From the NCBI RefSeq assembly GCF_055900595.2, contig NZ_CM148325.1: a DNA stretch of 64,000 bases; one strand, written 5' to 3'. Position numbers and translations under genes: made by a program. The notes under the pieces are model-generated. The model searched no databases. It saw only the letters and a list, made by a program, of their open reading frames with translations, and was not told where the DNA came from. Positions 11,151-25,639 of this stretch are shown here, piece by piece (position 1 is the stretch's first letter; each line of letters begins with the position of its first letter).

Positions 11151-11415
11151 ACGATAAGATAACTTTATCTATCATTGATATTTATCATTACCCATAGTGA
11201 GTACAGTGATTTCATAAAAATTATGAGATTTTTCACGGTGCTGTAAAATCCCTACCCTTACCGATGTAAAGCGACTTACCACGCGGCAAATAAGGAGTAA
11301 CTCTTTCCGGGTATGGGTATACTTCAGCCAATAGCCGAGAATACTGCCATTCCAGAATGTATCGTCACATTCATTAAGGTTATTGCTCATTTAAAGCCTG
11401 AAGGAAGAGGTTTGC

Positions 11416-13212
11416 ATGCTTAAACGTTGTCTCTCTCCGCTCACCCTGGTTAATCAGGTTGCGCTTATTGTGTTGCTTTCTACTGCTATTGGACTGGCGG
11501 GGATGGCGGTTTCTGGCTGGCTGGTACAAGGCGTTCAGGGCAGCGCCCATGCGATCAACAAAGCGGGATCGCTGCGCATGCAAAGTTACCGTCTGTTGGC
11601 AGCAGTGCCATTAAGCGAGAAAGACAAGCCCTTAATTAAAGAGATGGAACAAACAGCATTTAGCGCCGAGTTAACCCGAGCAGCAGAACGAGACGGACAA
11701 CTGGCGCAATTACAGGGTTTACAAGATTACTGGCGTAATGAACTGATCCCTGCGCTAATGCGTGCACAAAACCGCGAAACGGTGTCAGCGGATGTCAGCC
11801 AGTTTGTTGCCGGGCTTGATCAACTGGTATCTGGTTTTGACCGCACCACGGAAATGCGCATTGAGACAGTGGTGCTGGTCCATCGGGTAATGGCGGTATT
11901 TATGGCACTTTTACTGGTGTTCACTATTATCTGGTTGCGGGCGCGACTGCTACAACCGTGGCGGCAGTTGTTGGCAATGGCGAGTGCCGTCAGCCATCGC
12001 GATTTTACCCAACGCGCGAACATCAGCGGACGCAACGAAATGGCTATGCTTGGAACTGCGTTGAACAATATGTCTGCAGAACTGGCGGAAAGTTACGCCG
12101 TACTTGAGCAGCGGGTTCAGGAGAAAACCGCCGGGCTGGAACATAAAAATCAGATCCTCTCTTTTTTATGGCAGGCCAACCGCCGTTTGCATTCCCGCGC
12201 CCCGCTGTGTGAACGCCTGTCACCTGTACTCAACGGCTTACAGAATTTAACCCTGCTACGTGATATCGAACTGCGGGTGTATGACACTGATGATGAAGAG
12301 AATCATCAGGAGTTTACCTGCCAGCCAGATATGACCTGCGATGATAAAGGCTGTCAGCTCTGCCCGCGCGGTGTACTCCCCGTTGGCGATCGCGGCACAA
12401 CCCTGAAGTGGCGGCTGGCTGACTCTCATACGCAGTACGGTATTTTGCTGGCAACCCTGCCGCAGGGGCGTCATCTTAGTCATGATCAACAACAACTGGT
12501 GGATACCCTGGTTGAACAACTCACCGCCACGCTTGCGCTGGATCGCCATCAGGAACGTCAGCAACAGTTGATCGTGATGGAAGAGCGTGCCACCATTGCG
12601 CGCGAACTGCATGATTCTATTGCCCAATCTCTCTCTTGCATGAAGATGCAGGTGAGTTGTTTACAGATGCAGGGCGATGCGCTGCCAGAAAGCAGCCGCG
12701 AACTGTTAAGTCAGATCCGTAACGAACTGAATGCATCCTGGGCGCAGTTGCGTGAATTGCTCACCACATTCCGCTTGCAGCTCACCGAGCCTGGATTACG
12801 TCCGGCACTGGAAGCGAGTTGCGAAGAGTACAGCGCCAAATTTGGCTTCCCGGTGAAGCTGGATTATCAATTGCCGCCTCGTCTGGTGCCTTCGCATCAG
12901 GCAATCCATCTGTTGCAAATTGCCCGTGAGGCATTAAGTAACGCCCTCAAACATTCGCAAGCGAGTGAGGTCGTGGTGACAGTGGCGCAAAACGATAATC
13001 AGGTCAAACTGACCGTCCAGGATAACGGCTGCGGCGTGCCTGAAAATGCCATCCGCAGCAATCACTACGGCATGATAATAATGCGCGACCGTGCGCAAAG
13101 TTTACGAGGCGATTGCCGCGTCCGCCGTCGTGAATCAGGTGGCACCGAAGTGGTGGTCACCTTTATTCCCGAAAAAACTTTCACAGACGTCCAAGGAGAT
13201 ACCCATGAGTAA
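11416..13212 (+). CDS. narX: Nitrate/nitrite sensor histidine kinase
   Basis: 598 aa; two N-terminal TM segments, HAMP, and an H-box ([11 protein letters not shown]). Confidence 0.95.
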
Positions 13213-13855
13213 TCAGGAACCGGCTACTATCCTGCTGATCGACGATCACCCGATGCTGCGAACTGGCGTAAAACAGCTTATCAGTATGGCACCAGATATC
13301 ACCGTGGTTGGCGAAGCGAGTAATGGCGAACAGGGTATTGAACTGGCGGAGTCTCTTGATCCCGATTTGATCTTGTTAGATCTCAATATGCCCGGCATGA
13401 ACGGTCTGGAAACGCTGGATAAACTGCGCGAAAAGTCCCTCTCCGGGCGCATTGTGGTATTCAGCGTCTCTAACCATGAAGAAGATGTGGTCACCGCACT
13501 GAAACGCGGCGCGGATGGCTATCTGTTAAAAGATATGGAACCGGAAGATCTGCTGAAAGCATTGCATCAGGCTGCTGCTGGCGAAATGGTATTAAGCGAA
13601 GCATTAACGCCTGTTCTGGCCGCCAGCTTGCGCGCTAACCGTGCCACTACTGAACGCGATGTTAACCAGTTAACCCCACGCGAGCGCGATATTCTCAAGC
13701 TGATTGCCCAGGGTTTGCCGAACAAGATGATTGCCCGCCGCCTGGACATCACCGAAAGCACAGTAAAAGTGCACGTCAAGCACATGCTGAAGAAAATGAA
13801 GCTCAAGTCTCGCGTGGAAGCAGCAGTATGGGTGCATCAGGAGCGCATTTTCTGA
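13205..13855 (+). CDS. narL: Nitrate/nitrite response regulator (LuxR-type HTH)
   Basis: Start [18 protein letters not shown] overlaps the narX end by 8 nt; receiver domain plus C-terminal HTH. Confidence 0.95.
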
Positions 13856-15313
<1,458 letters not shown>

Positions 15314-15314
15314 A

Positions 15315-15402
<88 letters not shown>

Positions 15403-15435
15403 AAGTGTCTAATTCCCTGAATACAGGAGTAAATA

Positions 15436-15789
15436 ATGCAAAAAATCGTGATCGTTGCCAATGGCGCACCTTACGGGAGCGAATCCTTGTTTAACAGCTT
15501 GCGGCTGGCCATTGCGTTACGAGAGCAGGAGAACAATCTGGATCTGCGTCTGTTCCTGATGTCTGATGCGGTCACAGCCGGGTTGCGCGGGCAAAAACCA
15601 GGGGAAGGATACAACATTCAACAAATGCTGGAGATCCTTACCGCTCAGAATGTACTGGTGAAATTGTGCAAAACCTGTACCGACGGGCGCGGGATTAGTA
15701 CACTTCCTCTGATTGATGGGGTGGAAATCGGTACTCTTGTGGAACTGGCGCAATGGACGCTGTCAGCCGATAAAGTGCTCACATTTTAA
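15436..15789 (+). CDS. ychN: DsrE/DsrF-like protein YchN
   Basis: 117 aa ORF (MQKIVIVANGAPYGSES...) with an AGGAG-like RBS upstream. Confidence 0.85.
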   Translation: MQKIVIVANGAPYGSESLFNSLRLAIALREQENNLDLRLFLMSDAVTAGLRGQKPGEGYNIQQMLEILTAQNVLVKLCKTCTDGRGISTLPLIDGVEIGTLVELAQWTLSADKVLTF

Positions 15790-15833
15790 TGTTTGAGGGG
15801 GGCGTCTGACGCCCCACTATGAGGGAAGTTTAC

Positions 15834-16529
15834 TCAGGCGAATCCCGGCCGTAACACACCATCCGGATAATTCTCCGCCAGCAGTTTTTTTACCGATACC
15901 AGCAAATCATTCAGCCCATCGTCCTGCATTCCCAGTTTGATAAGCTCCTGTTCCAGTGAAAACAGGTATTGTGCGTTGGTTCCCAGTGGACCGCTCGCCG
16001 CCGCAATCAACGGCGCGATGACCTGAGCGCGAGTGTCAGATTCATATTCTGGATGTCGCGGGTCCATAATAAACACAATGGCGTTTACTGTGCGTCCATC
16101 ATCAAGATCAAGCTGACACCAGGTTGGCAGATAACAGCCGGTAATCATCTCGCGCTTCCACAACAGGGTTAGTTCCTGCTCCAGCGTCTCTTCTGGCAGT
16201 CGATAGGCGACGCCTGTGGTGCGTCCGCCCTCTTTCAGTGCAAGCATCCGTCCCGGCTGGTGCGCAGTCCCGCGCCCGGCGGTCAGGCGCAGGCAAAACG
16301 CGCGATGCCATCCAACCAGTGTACCAGTGCACGACTCGGTAAACTCCAGTGCCGGATTCCACATCAACGATCCATAACCGAAGATCCACACCGGTCCCTC
16401 ATCAGGTCGACAAGCCAGCGTCGCCGCCAGCTAAGCCGCCCGTTGCTCTGCTGACCATAAGAGTGATTCTTCAATGGCACCAAATGCCGTTTTACAATCG
16501 GCATTCATCAAGAAATCACGCGTTATCAC
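15834..16529 (-). pseudogene. chaC: chaC (gamma-glutamylcyclotransferase family) interrupted by an in-frame amber codon
   Basis: From the GTG at 16529 the reverse strand encodes MITRDFLMNADCKTAFGAIEESLLWSAEQRAA, then TAG (16431..16433), then continues in the same frame as ...LAATLACRPDEGPVWIFGYGSLMWNP... to the stop at 15834. Confidence 0.7.
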
Positions 16530-16685
16530 CTTACACCTCCGCCACTGCATACTTCCCTGCGACAACTTTTTGGTGTCTTCCGGACATTTTACTGCTCATT
16601 TTGAAACCATTAACGGGACAATATGCAATCCACGGACCACTTGCAAGGCAACACCGCACGAATAGCTTTAACTAAGCTACCGGTT

Positions 16686-16916
16686 TTACGATTTTTTATG
16701 CCATTTATCATCATCCCCTTTGGCATATTCATGCTTCACAGCAGCCCAGGCCACTTTATGCGCGGTTTCTTCGCGACTGGCGTCATCACGCCGATCTTCT
16801 TTATCTTTATATTGATCCCATGCGCTGTTGAACGCTTCTTTATAGATATCCTGAGCATGAGACGGTAGCACGTGCTTTACGCTTTCCGGCAGATCGCTTT
16901 TCGTTTTATACGGCAT
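16686..16916 (-). CDS. chaB: Cation transport regulator ChaB
   Basis: 76 aa MPYKTKSDLPESVKH...; ORF 16686..16943 with an internal start. Confidence 0.85.
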   Translation of the reverse strand: MPYKTKSDLPESVKHVLPSHAQDIYKEAFNSAWDQYKDKEDRRDDASREETAHKVAWAAVKHEYAKGDDDKWHKKS

Positions 16917-17184
16917 CGTTGACTCCTTTACAAAGTTGAACATTAAGTGTGGTCAACAATATCCACTCTTGCCAAAACATAAGAATTTTCATGTCAGACT
17001 CTTCTTAAGAAACGCTAAAACAAACATTGTCTAAACGCATTGCTTATTTTTATGGCCCGATGAGTAAAAAATCGACAGTGGGGTAAAAATTCGTAAAATG
17101 TTACCGATATCCAGACACTTTCTGTTATTTTTCCTACCTATTTTTTACATTTTCGATAAATTCATCTGCAAAGGGATAACCATA

Positions 17185-18285
17185 ATGTCAAATGCTCAAG
17201 AGGCGGTAAAAACCCGCCACAAGGAGACTTCGCTTATTTTCCCGGTTCTGGCGCTGGTAGTGCTGTTCCTGTGGGGAAGCAGCCAGACACTACCAGTGGT
17301 CATTGCCATCAATCTTCTTGCTCTTATTGGTATTTTAAGTAGCGCCTTTAGTGTTGTCCGTCATGCGGACGTATTAGCCCATCGCATGGGAGAACCTTAC
17401 GGTTCGCTTATTCTTAGCCTTTCAGTGGTTATTCTTGAAGTCAGTTTGATTTCAGCTTTAATGGCAACCGGCGACGCCGCGCCAACGCTAATGCGTGATA
17501 CGCTCTATTCAATCATTATGATTGTTACCGGTGGGCTGGTTGGCTTTTCATTATTGTTGGGCGGACGCAAGTTTGCCACACAATATATGAATCTGTTTGG
17601 TATCAAGCAGTATTTAATTGCGCTGTTCCCCCTGGCGATAATCGTACTGGTATTTCCAATGGCTCTGCCTGTGGCAAATTTTTCAACCGGTCAGGCGTTA
17701 CTGGTAGCATTAATTTCTGCGGCAATGTATGGCGTATTTTTGCTGATCCAGACCAAAACGCATCAAAGTTTATTTGTTTACGAGCACGAAGATGACAGTG
17801 ATGATGACGACCCGCACCACGGTAAACCGTCTGCCCATAGCAGCCTGTGGCATGCTATCTGGTTGATTGTCCATCTGATTGCCGTTATTGCAGTCACCAA
17901 AATGAACGCCAGCCCGCTGGAGACATTGCTCGACAGCATGAATGCCCCTGTCGCCTTTACTGGCTTCCTGGTGGCTCTGTTGATTCTGTCGCCGGAAGGT
18001 TTAGGTGCGTTAAAAGCAGTGTTGAACAACCAGGTCCAGCGCGCGATGAATCTGTTCTTTGGTTCAGTGTTAGCAACCATTTCGCTTACCGTACCTGTCG
18101 TCACGCTAATTGCCTTTATGACGGGTAACGAATTGCAGTTTGCACTTGGTGCGCCAGAAATGGTGGTGATGGTGGCCTCTTTAGTGCTGTGCCATATCTC
18201 CTTCTCCACCGGACGTACTAACGTGCTCAATGGCGCAGCGCATCTGGCACTGTTTGCCGCCTATTTGATGACGATATTTGCCTGA
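17185..18285 (+). CDS. chaA: Ca2+/H+ (Na+/H+) antiporter
   Basis: 366 aa from MSNAQEAVKTRHK; multi-pass membrane protein with an acidic loop (EHEDDSDDDD). Confidence 0.9.
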   Translation: MSNAQEAVKTRHKETSLIFPVLALVVLFLWGSSQTLPVVIAINLLALIGILSSAFSVVRHADVLAHRMGEPYGSLILSLSVVILEVSLISALMATGDAAPTLMRDTLYSIIMIVTGGLVGFSLLLGGRKFATQYMNLFGIKQYLIALFPLAIIVLVFPMALPVANFSTGQALLVALISAAMYGVFLLIQTKTHQSLFVYEHEDDSDDDDPHHGKPSAHSSLWHAIWLIVHLIAVIAVTKMNASPLETLLDSMNAPVAFTGFLVALLILSPEGLGALKAVLNNQVQRAMNLFFGSVLATISLTVPVVTLIAFMTGNELQFALGAPEMVVMVASLVLCHISFSTGRTNVLNGAAHLALFAAYLMTIFA

Positions 18286-18691
18286 CAGTTATATCTCCTC
18301 CGATGACAGAAATCGGGGGAGATAATATAAATTCCTGCTTATTGTATTTCTTCATACTACCTGAACAGGTCGTTAATCAGAATTGCGAGCCTGTACCACA
18401 ACCTGCACGAAACCACTGCAACAGCTGTTGAAAAGCCGGAATGTACTCTTTATTGCAAACATTTCAGGGATGAAGTGAAGATGAATTGAGACGTAATATC
18501 CACACCAAGCCGGCGTTATCCGGTGAGGCGCAATGTTGCGGGGGCTTTATCCCTGGTGGCATTGGTTGCTGGAAAGAGAAAACCCCCCGCACGTTGAGAG
18601 GTAAAACCTGACAACAGAACGGGGGCTAATCTTGAACCATCAACAATTCAAGAATAGCTGCAAAATGTTGTCATTACAACAAGGCGGCTAT

Positions 18692-18799
18692 ATGACGCTC
18701 GCGCAGTTTGCCATGATTTTCTGGCACGACCTGGCGGCACCGATCCTGGCGGGGATTATTACCGCAGTGATTGTCAGCTGGTGGCGTAACCGGAAGTAA
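18692..18799 (+). CDS. ldr: Ldr-family small toxic membrane peptide (type I toxin), copy 1
   Basis: 35 aa MTLAQFAMIFWHDLAAPILAGIITAVIVSWWRNRK; single hydrophobic helix with a basic C-terminus. Confidence 0.85.
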   Translation: MTLAQFAMIFWHDLAAPILAGIITAVIVSWWRNRK

Positions 18800-18849
18800 G
18801 GTGAAAACGGGCGTCAGGCTGCCGTGATGGCAATATGCGCCCGAAACCA

Positions 18850-18880
18850 GCCGCAGGGGTAACAGCCTGCGGCCTTTTTT
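18850..18880 (+). terminator. Intrinsic terminator after ldr copy 1
   Basis: GCCGCAGG-GGTAACA-CCTGCGGC hairpin followed by TTTTTT. Confidence 0.7.
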
Positions 18881-19226
18881 GTCTTTATCTCTTCTGCAAG
18901 TAAATATTGGCAACCCGAGCTGGAAGCATCATCCAGAGCACTCATGAAACGACTGTAACAACTGTTGAAAAACCGGAATGCACTCTTCATTGCAAACATT
19001 TCAGGGATGAAGTGAAGATGAATTGAGACGTAGTATCCACACCAAGCCGGAGTTATCCGGTGAGGCGCAATGTTGCGGGGGCTCTATCCCTGGTGGCATT
19101 GGTTGCTGGAAAGAGAAAACCCCCGCACGTTGAGAGGTACAACCTGACAACAGAACGGGGGCTAATCTTGAAACCAGACACTTCAAGAATAGCCGCAAAA
19201 TGTTGTCATTACAACAAGGCGGCTAT

Positions 19227-19334
19227 ATGACGCTCGCGCAGTTTGCCATGACTTTCTGGCACGACCTGGCAGCACCGATCCTGGCGGGAATTATTACCGC
19301 AGCGATTGTCAGCTGGTGGCGTAACCGGAAGTAA
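19227..19334 (+). CDS. ldr: Ldr-family small toxic membrane peptide (type I toxin), copy 2
   Basis: 35 aa MTLAQFAMTFWHDLAAPILAGIITAAIVSWWRNRK; two substitutions (I9T, V26A) relative to copy 1. Confidence 0.85.
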   Translation: MTLAQFAMTFWHDLAAPILAGIITAAIVSWWRNRK

Positions 19335-19384
19335 GGTGAAAACGGGCGTCAGGCTGCCGTGATGGCAATATGCGCCCGAAACCG

Positions 19385-19415
19385 GCCGCAGGGGTAACAG
19401 CCTGCGGCCTTTTTT
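19385..19415 (+). terminator. Intrinsic terminator after ldr copy 2
   Basis: Same GCCGCAGG...CCTGCGGC hairpin plus T-run as after copy 1. Confidence 0.7.
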
Positions 19416-19497
19416 GTATCCGGCCCCATGAAAAAAGCCTTAACGCAGAATGGACTGACCCATAACGCTAAGGCTTTTGTTTTCAAACAAAAAAAGA

Positions 19498-20361
<864 letters not shown>

Positions 20362-20387
20362 TTAATCTTGAGTAAAATGTCGATTAA

Positions 20388-21197
20388 TTAATGCAGCACA
20401 ATATGTTTATGCGCGATGTTATTTATTTGCGCACGGATCATTTCGCTGATCGGGTCTTCCGGACACTGTTCAACGAAATAACTTAAATCGTTCAACGCAA
20501 CGTGTTCGCAATCCAGTTGCGCATAAATCAACCCGCGATCGCGAATTTCATAGGGATCTTCCGGGTTAAATTGTAATAAAGCTTCGCTGGTGCGTAATGC
20601 CAGCTCCATCTGATTTTCTTCCATCAACGAGGCTTTGAGTGTGTCCAGCAATTTGCGGATTACCTCAATGTTATCAGCTTCATCAAGATCTTCATAAAAC
20701 AGTTCCGCTGACGGGCTGATATTTCCCTTTAACCAAACGTCCAGCATATGTTCGCTTAACGATTCACCGTTAAAAGGATTAATCAGCCAAATTTCGCCAT
20801 CCGGACATTCAATGCGCAATATCAGCTGCGTCGGGAAAATCACCGGCAGCAGCGGCAAATCAAGACGATTAGCGACCCACAATAAAACGGCGCCTAATGA
20901 TACCGCACTGCCCTGCCGATTCTTTAACACCTGGTCCAGCCATAATGCATCGGAAAGACGATAAACGCCGCGTGAGGCTTTAAATCCCCAGTCGCCGTAA
21001 AACAGCGCGATCAGTTTTTCCAGCTGCTCTTCTAAAGGCAGAAGCTGGCTGATTTCTTCCTTCGCCAGAGTAACGAGACGCTCCAGTTCGTCGTAAACAT
21101 CTTGCGAGGGAAAATCGCGGCGGATTGCTTCGCAAGCCAAGATCATGCCTTCGCACAATGGCGCTTTATTAAATTCGAAATCAGCTAACGATCTCAT
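20388..21197 (-). CDS. sirB1: SirB1/YchA family protein (transglutaminase-like/TPR)
   Basis: 269 aa ORF in the conserved position between kdsA and sirB2. Confidence 0.85.
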   Translation of the reverse strand: MRSLADFEFNKAPLCEGMILACEAIRRDFPSQDVYDELERLVTLAKEEISQLLPLEEQLEKLIALFYGDWGFKASRGVYRLSDALWLDQVLKNRQGSAVSLGAVLLWVANRLDLPLLPVIFPTQLILRIECPDGEIWLINPFNGESLSEHMLDVWLKGNISPSAELFYEDLDEADNIEVIRKLLDTLKASLMEENQMELALRTSEALLQFNPEDPYEIRDRGLIYAQLDCEHVALNDLSYFVEQCPEDPISEMIRAQINNIAHKHIVLH

Positions 21198-21200
21198 GAC

Positions 21201-21593
21201 TTACCCCAGTAACGGTACTTTTGTGGTGGCGAGTTTAATGATGATGTACAGCACCACCAACGCCAGCGGGAAGGCAATAATGCGCGCCTGCTGACTGTGC
21301 ATACGACGATAATCGAGTGCAATAAAACCCAAAACGATATAAATGATAACTCCAAACAGCTTTTCAGTCAGCCACTGTGCCTGCCCGGAAAATGGCAGGA
21401 TGTGCGCTTTAGCCATCAACGCAATGCCGCTTAACAATAACACCGTATCGACAACCGGCGGCACAATGCGCGTCCAACGAGCAAATGCCTGTGGATGCTT
21501 CTGATAACGTAGCCAGAAACGTAAGGTTAATAGCCCTACAGAAAGCGCAATGCTAATGAGATGAACGCTAAGCAGTGTAGAAAAACTTGTCAT
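21201..21593 (-). CDS. sirB2: SirB2/YchQ inner-membrane protein
   Basis: 130 aa with four predicted TM helices. Confidence 0.85.
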   Translation of the reverse strand: MTSFSTLLSVHLISIALSVGLLTLRFWLRYQKHPQAFARWTRIVPPVVDTVLLLSGIALMAKAHILPFSGQAQWLTEKLFGVIIYIVLGFIALDYRRMHSQQARIIAFPLALVVLYIIIKLATTKVPLLG

Positions 21594-22423
21594 TGATAAT
21601 AGCGGCCGAGCGTTACGCGCTCGTTATCACCATAGTCCCGACAGGTTTCGACGTCATGATATCCCGCGTGGATAAATGCCTGTCGCACCGCTTCGCCCTG
21701 CTGCCAGCCATGTTCCAGAAGCAGAAAGCCGCCGGATACCAGCGCGTTACGCGACTGTTCGATGATATGCACGATGTCTGCCATTCCACTGTCTGCCGCA
21801 ACCAGCGCAGTGAGCGGCTCAAAGCGGACATCGCCTTGTTGAAGATGTGGATCCTGCTCGTCAATATACGGCGGATTGCTGACAATCATCGCAAACTGCT
21901 GCCCGGCTAGCGCGCTAAACCAGTCGCTTTGCAGAATATGGATATTTTTGATCGCCAGATGCTGGGCATTACGTTGTGCCAGAGAGACAGCATCTGGCAT
22001 ACGATCTACAGCGGTAATTTCACAGTCCGGGCGCTCGCTAGCCAGCGCCAGCGCAATCGCCCCGGTACCCGTCCCGAGATCGAGAATACGGCAAGGCTGT
22101 TCAGGCAACCGCGCCAGTGCCTGCTCCACCAGACACTCCGTATCCGGGCGCGGAATTAAGGTCGCTGGCGAAACAAATAACGGCAGCGACCAGAATTCTC
22201 GCACCCCGGTTAAATGAGCAATAGGTTCACCATCGCGACGACGCGTCAGTAGCGCATCAAGTTGCTGACATTGTTCGTCAGTCAGCTGCGTTTCACCAAA
22301 GGCGAGAATAAAAGTACGCCCTTTGCCGGTAACATGCTCCAGCAGGATTTCAGCATCACGCCGCGGGCTTTCGCTCGCCTGAAGTTGGCTTATTGCTTCA
22401 CGTAACCAGTGTTGATATTCCAT
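21590..22423 (-). CDS. prmC: Release-factor glutamine N5-methyltransferase (HemK)
   Basis: 277 aa with an AdoMet motif (ILDLGTGTGAIA) and the NPPY catalytic motif; overlaps the prfA stop. Confidence 0.9.
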   Translation of the reverse strand: MEYQHWLREAISQLQASESPRRDAEILLEHVTGKGRTFILAFGETQLTDEQCQQLDALLTRRRDGEPIAHLTGVREFWSLPLFVSPATLIPRPDTECLVEQALARLPEQPCRILDLGTGTGAIALALASERPDCEITAVDRMPDAVSLAQRNAQHLAIKNIHILQSDWFSALAGQQFAMIVSNPPYIDEQDPHLQQGDVRFEPLTALVAADSGMADIVHIIEQSRNALVSGGFLLLEHGWQQGEAVRQAFIHAGYHDVETCRDYGDNERVTLGRYYQ

Positions 22424-23505
22424 TATTCCTGCTCGGACAACGCCGCCAGTTGATCGGCCTGATGTTCCTGGATAATCGGTTCAATCAGCATATCCAGCTT
22501 ACCTTCCATCACTTCATCCAGACGGTAGAGCGTCAGGTTGATGCGGTGATCGGTAACGCGCCCCTGCGGGAAATTGTAAGTACGGTTACGGTCGCTGCGA
22601 TCGCCACTCCCCAGCAGGTTACGACGGGTAGACGCTTCGGCCTGTTGCCGTTTTGCCATTTCTGCAGCGTGGATGCGAGCACCAAGTACAGAAAGTGCTT
22701 TAGCTTTGTTTTTATGTTGTGAACGTTCGTCCTGACATTCAACAACAATCCCGGTCGGCAAGTGGGTAATACGGATTGCCGAATCGGTGGTGTTAACGTG
22801 CTGACCACCAGCTCCTGAAGAGCGGAAAGTATCAATGCGCAAATCTGCTGGGTTGATGTCCGGCAGTTCTGCGTCAGGCAGTTCTGGCATTACCGCAACG
22901 GTACAAGCAGAAGTATGAATTCGACCCTGCGATTCCGTAGCAGGCACACGCTGCACGCGATGACCGCCAGATTCGAATTTCAAACGACCATATACACCAT
23001 CACCGCTAATTTTGGCGATGATCTCTTTATAGCCACCATGTTCACCCTCGCTGGCGCTCATGATTTCTACACGCCAGCGGCGGGCTTCGGCGTAACGGCT
23101 GTACATACGGAACAGATCGCCAGCGAAGAGCGCCGCTTCGTCGCCGCCGGTTCCGGCACGGACTTCGAGGAAGGCGTTACGTTCGTCATCAGGATCTTTT
23201 GGTAGTAACAGAACCTGTAATTGCTGTTCCAGTTGCTCGCTTTTTTCTTTAGCTTCGCGCAGTTCATCCTGCGCCATCTCACGCATTTCAGGATCGTCGA
23301 GCATCATCTGTGCGGTTTCGATATCTTCCTGAACCTGTTGCCAGTCGGTAAAACAGCGCGAAACATCACTTAACTGCGCATATTCGCGTGATAATGCGCG
23401 AAAACGTTCCTGGTCGGCGATAGTTTGCGCGTCACCTAGCAACGCCTGAACTTCTTCATGGCGTTCATGCAGGGCTTCCAGTTTGGCAACGATAGAAGGC
23501 TTCAT
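22423..23505 (-). CDS. prfA: Peptide chain release factor 1
   Basis: 360 aa containing the GGQ motif ([11 protein letters not shown]) and a PxT-type recognition region. Confidence 0.95.
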
Positions 23506-23545
23506 AGGCGTAAATGCACCCTGTAAAAAAGAAAATGATGTACTG

Positions 23546-24802
23546 CTACTCCAGCCCGAGGCTGTCGCGCAGAATATTCAGGCGTTCGTTATCCCCGTCA
23601 CGGGCGGCCTGTTGAAGTGATTTCGTTGGCGCATGGATCAAGCGGTTAGTCAGTTTCCATGCCAGATCCTGCATAATGGCTTGCGCGTCGCCGCCCTGCT
23701 CAAGGGCCGCTAACGCTTTGGCGGTTAACTCATCGCGAACTTGCTCTGCCTGGCTGCGATACTCGCGAATGGTTTCGCTGGCGCTTTGTGCACGCAGCCA
23801 CGCCATAAATTCGCTGGTTTCCTGGGCGACAATAGTTTCCGCCTCAACTGCTGCGGCTTTACGCTGCGCCAGGTTGTGCGAAATAATGCTTTGTAGATCG
23901 TCAACACTATAAAGGTAAGCATTCGCCAGTTTGCCAACTTCCGGCTCAACATCGCGCGGAACGGCAATATCTACCAACAGCATCGGTTGGTTGCGACGGC
24001 TTTTTAATGCGCGCTCCACCATGCCTTTACCGATAATCGGCAACGGACTGGCGGTAGAACTAATAATGATATCGGCTTCGCGCAGACGTTCGTCAATATC
24101 GCTCAAGGCAATCACTTCTGCGCCGACTTCATCTGCCAGAATTTGGGCGCGTTCGCGAGTACGGTTGGCGATAATCATCTTCTGTACTTTGTGTTCACGT
24201 AGATGACGCGCCACCAGCTCGATAGTCTCACCCGCGCCAACTAGCAGTACCGTCACCGTAGAGAGCGATTCAAAGATCTGACGCGCCAGCGTACAAGCCG
24301 CAAAAGCGACAGACACAGCGCTGGCACCGATATCGGTTTCAGTACGAACGCGTTTTGCGACAGAGAAAGATTTCTGGAACATGCGCTCCAGTTCGCTGGC
24401 CTTCATATGGCCTTTTTGCGAATCGGCAAACGCCTTTTTAACCTGACCGAGGATCTGCGGTTCCCCCAGAACCAGTGAATCCAGGCCGCTGGCAACACGC
24501 ATTAAATGGCTAACTGCATCGTTATCCTGATGCCAGTAGAGGCTTTTACGCAGATCGTCTTCATTGAGATTATGGTAATCGCAAAGCCAGCGGATTAACG
24601 CCTCTTGCAGGTTATCCTGCTCTTCAACGCTAAGATAAAGTTCTGTGCGGTTACACGTCGACAGTACCACGCCGCCCTGCACCATCGGCTGCGCAAGCAG
24701 GCTGTCAAGCGCCTGATCGAGCTTATCCGGCGAAAACGATACACGTTCTCGCAGCGATACAGGAGCCGTTTTATGGTTGATACCGAGTGCTAAAAGGGTC
24801 AT
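23546..24802 (-). CDS. hemA: Glutamyl-tRNA reductase
   Basis: 418 aa from [21 protein letters not shown]; the tracked ORF is extended 66 codons upstream of the likely start. Confidence 0.9.
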
Positions 24803-24946
24803 GTCTGCGGGAAATAATACCAACGTTGATAGGGTTAGTCTGCTCGCATCATACAGGATGCGCGAGATCAATAAAAGAGAGTGCCCCCTTTTGGAGTAAT
24901 TGCCGAAAGCCGTTAGATTCTGGCAATTAAGACAACTTGAACATAG

Positions 24947-25638
<692 letters not shown>

Positions 25639-25639
<1 letters not shown>

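Larger units (their letters stand above)
18412..19430 (+). repeat. Two tandem ~540 bp 'long direct repeat' units, each carrying an ldr type I toxin gene
   Basis: Unit 1 about 18405..18880 and unit 2 about 18945..19415 are about 95% identical: leader, 35-codon ORF, then hairpin terminator. Confidence 0.85.

Noticed and set aside
18813-18879. Exact position of the Rdl antisense RNA in the ldr units
   Set aside because: I could not reconcile remembered K-12 coordinates with clear promoter and terminator signals on the minus strand, so no ncRNA feature is called.
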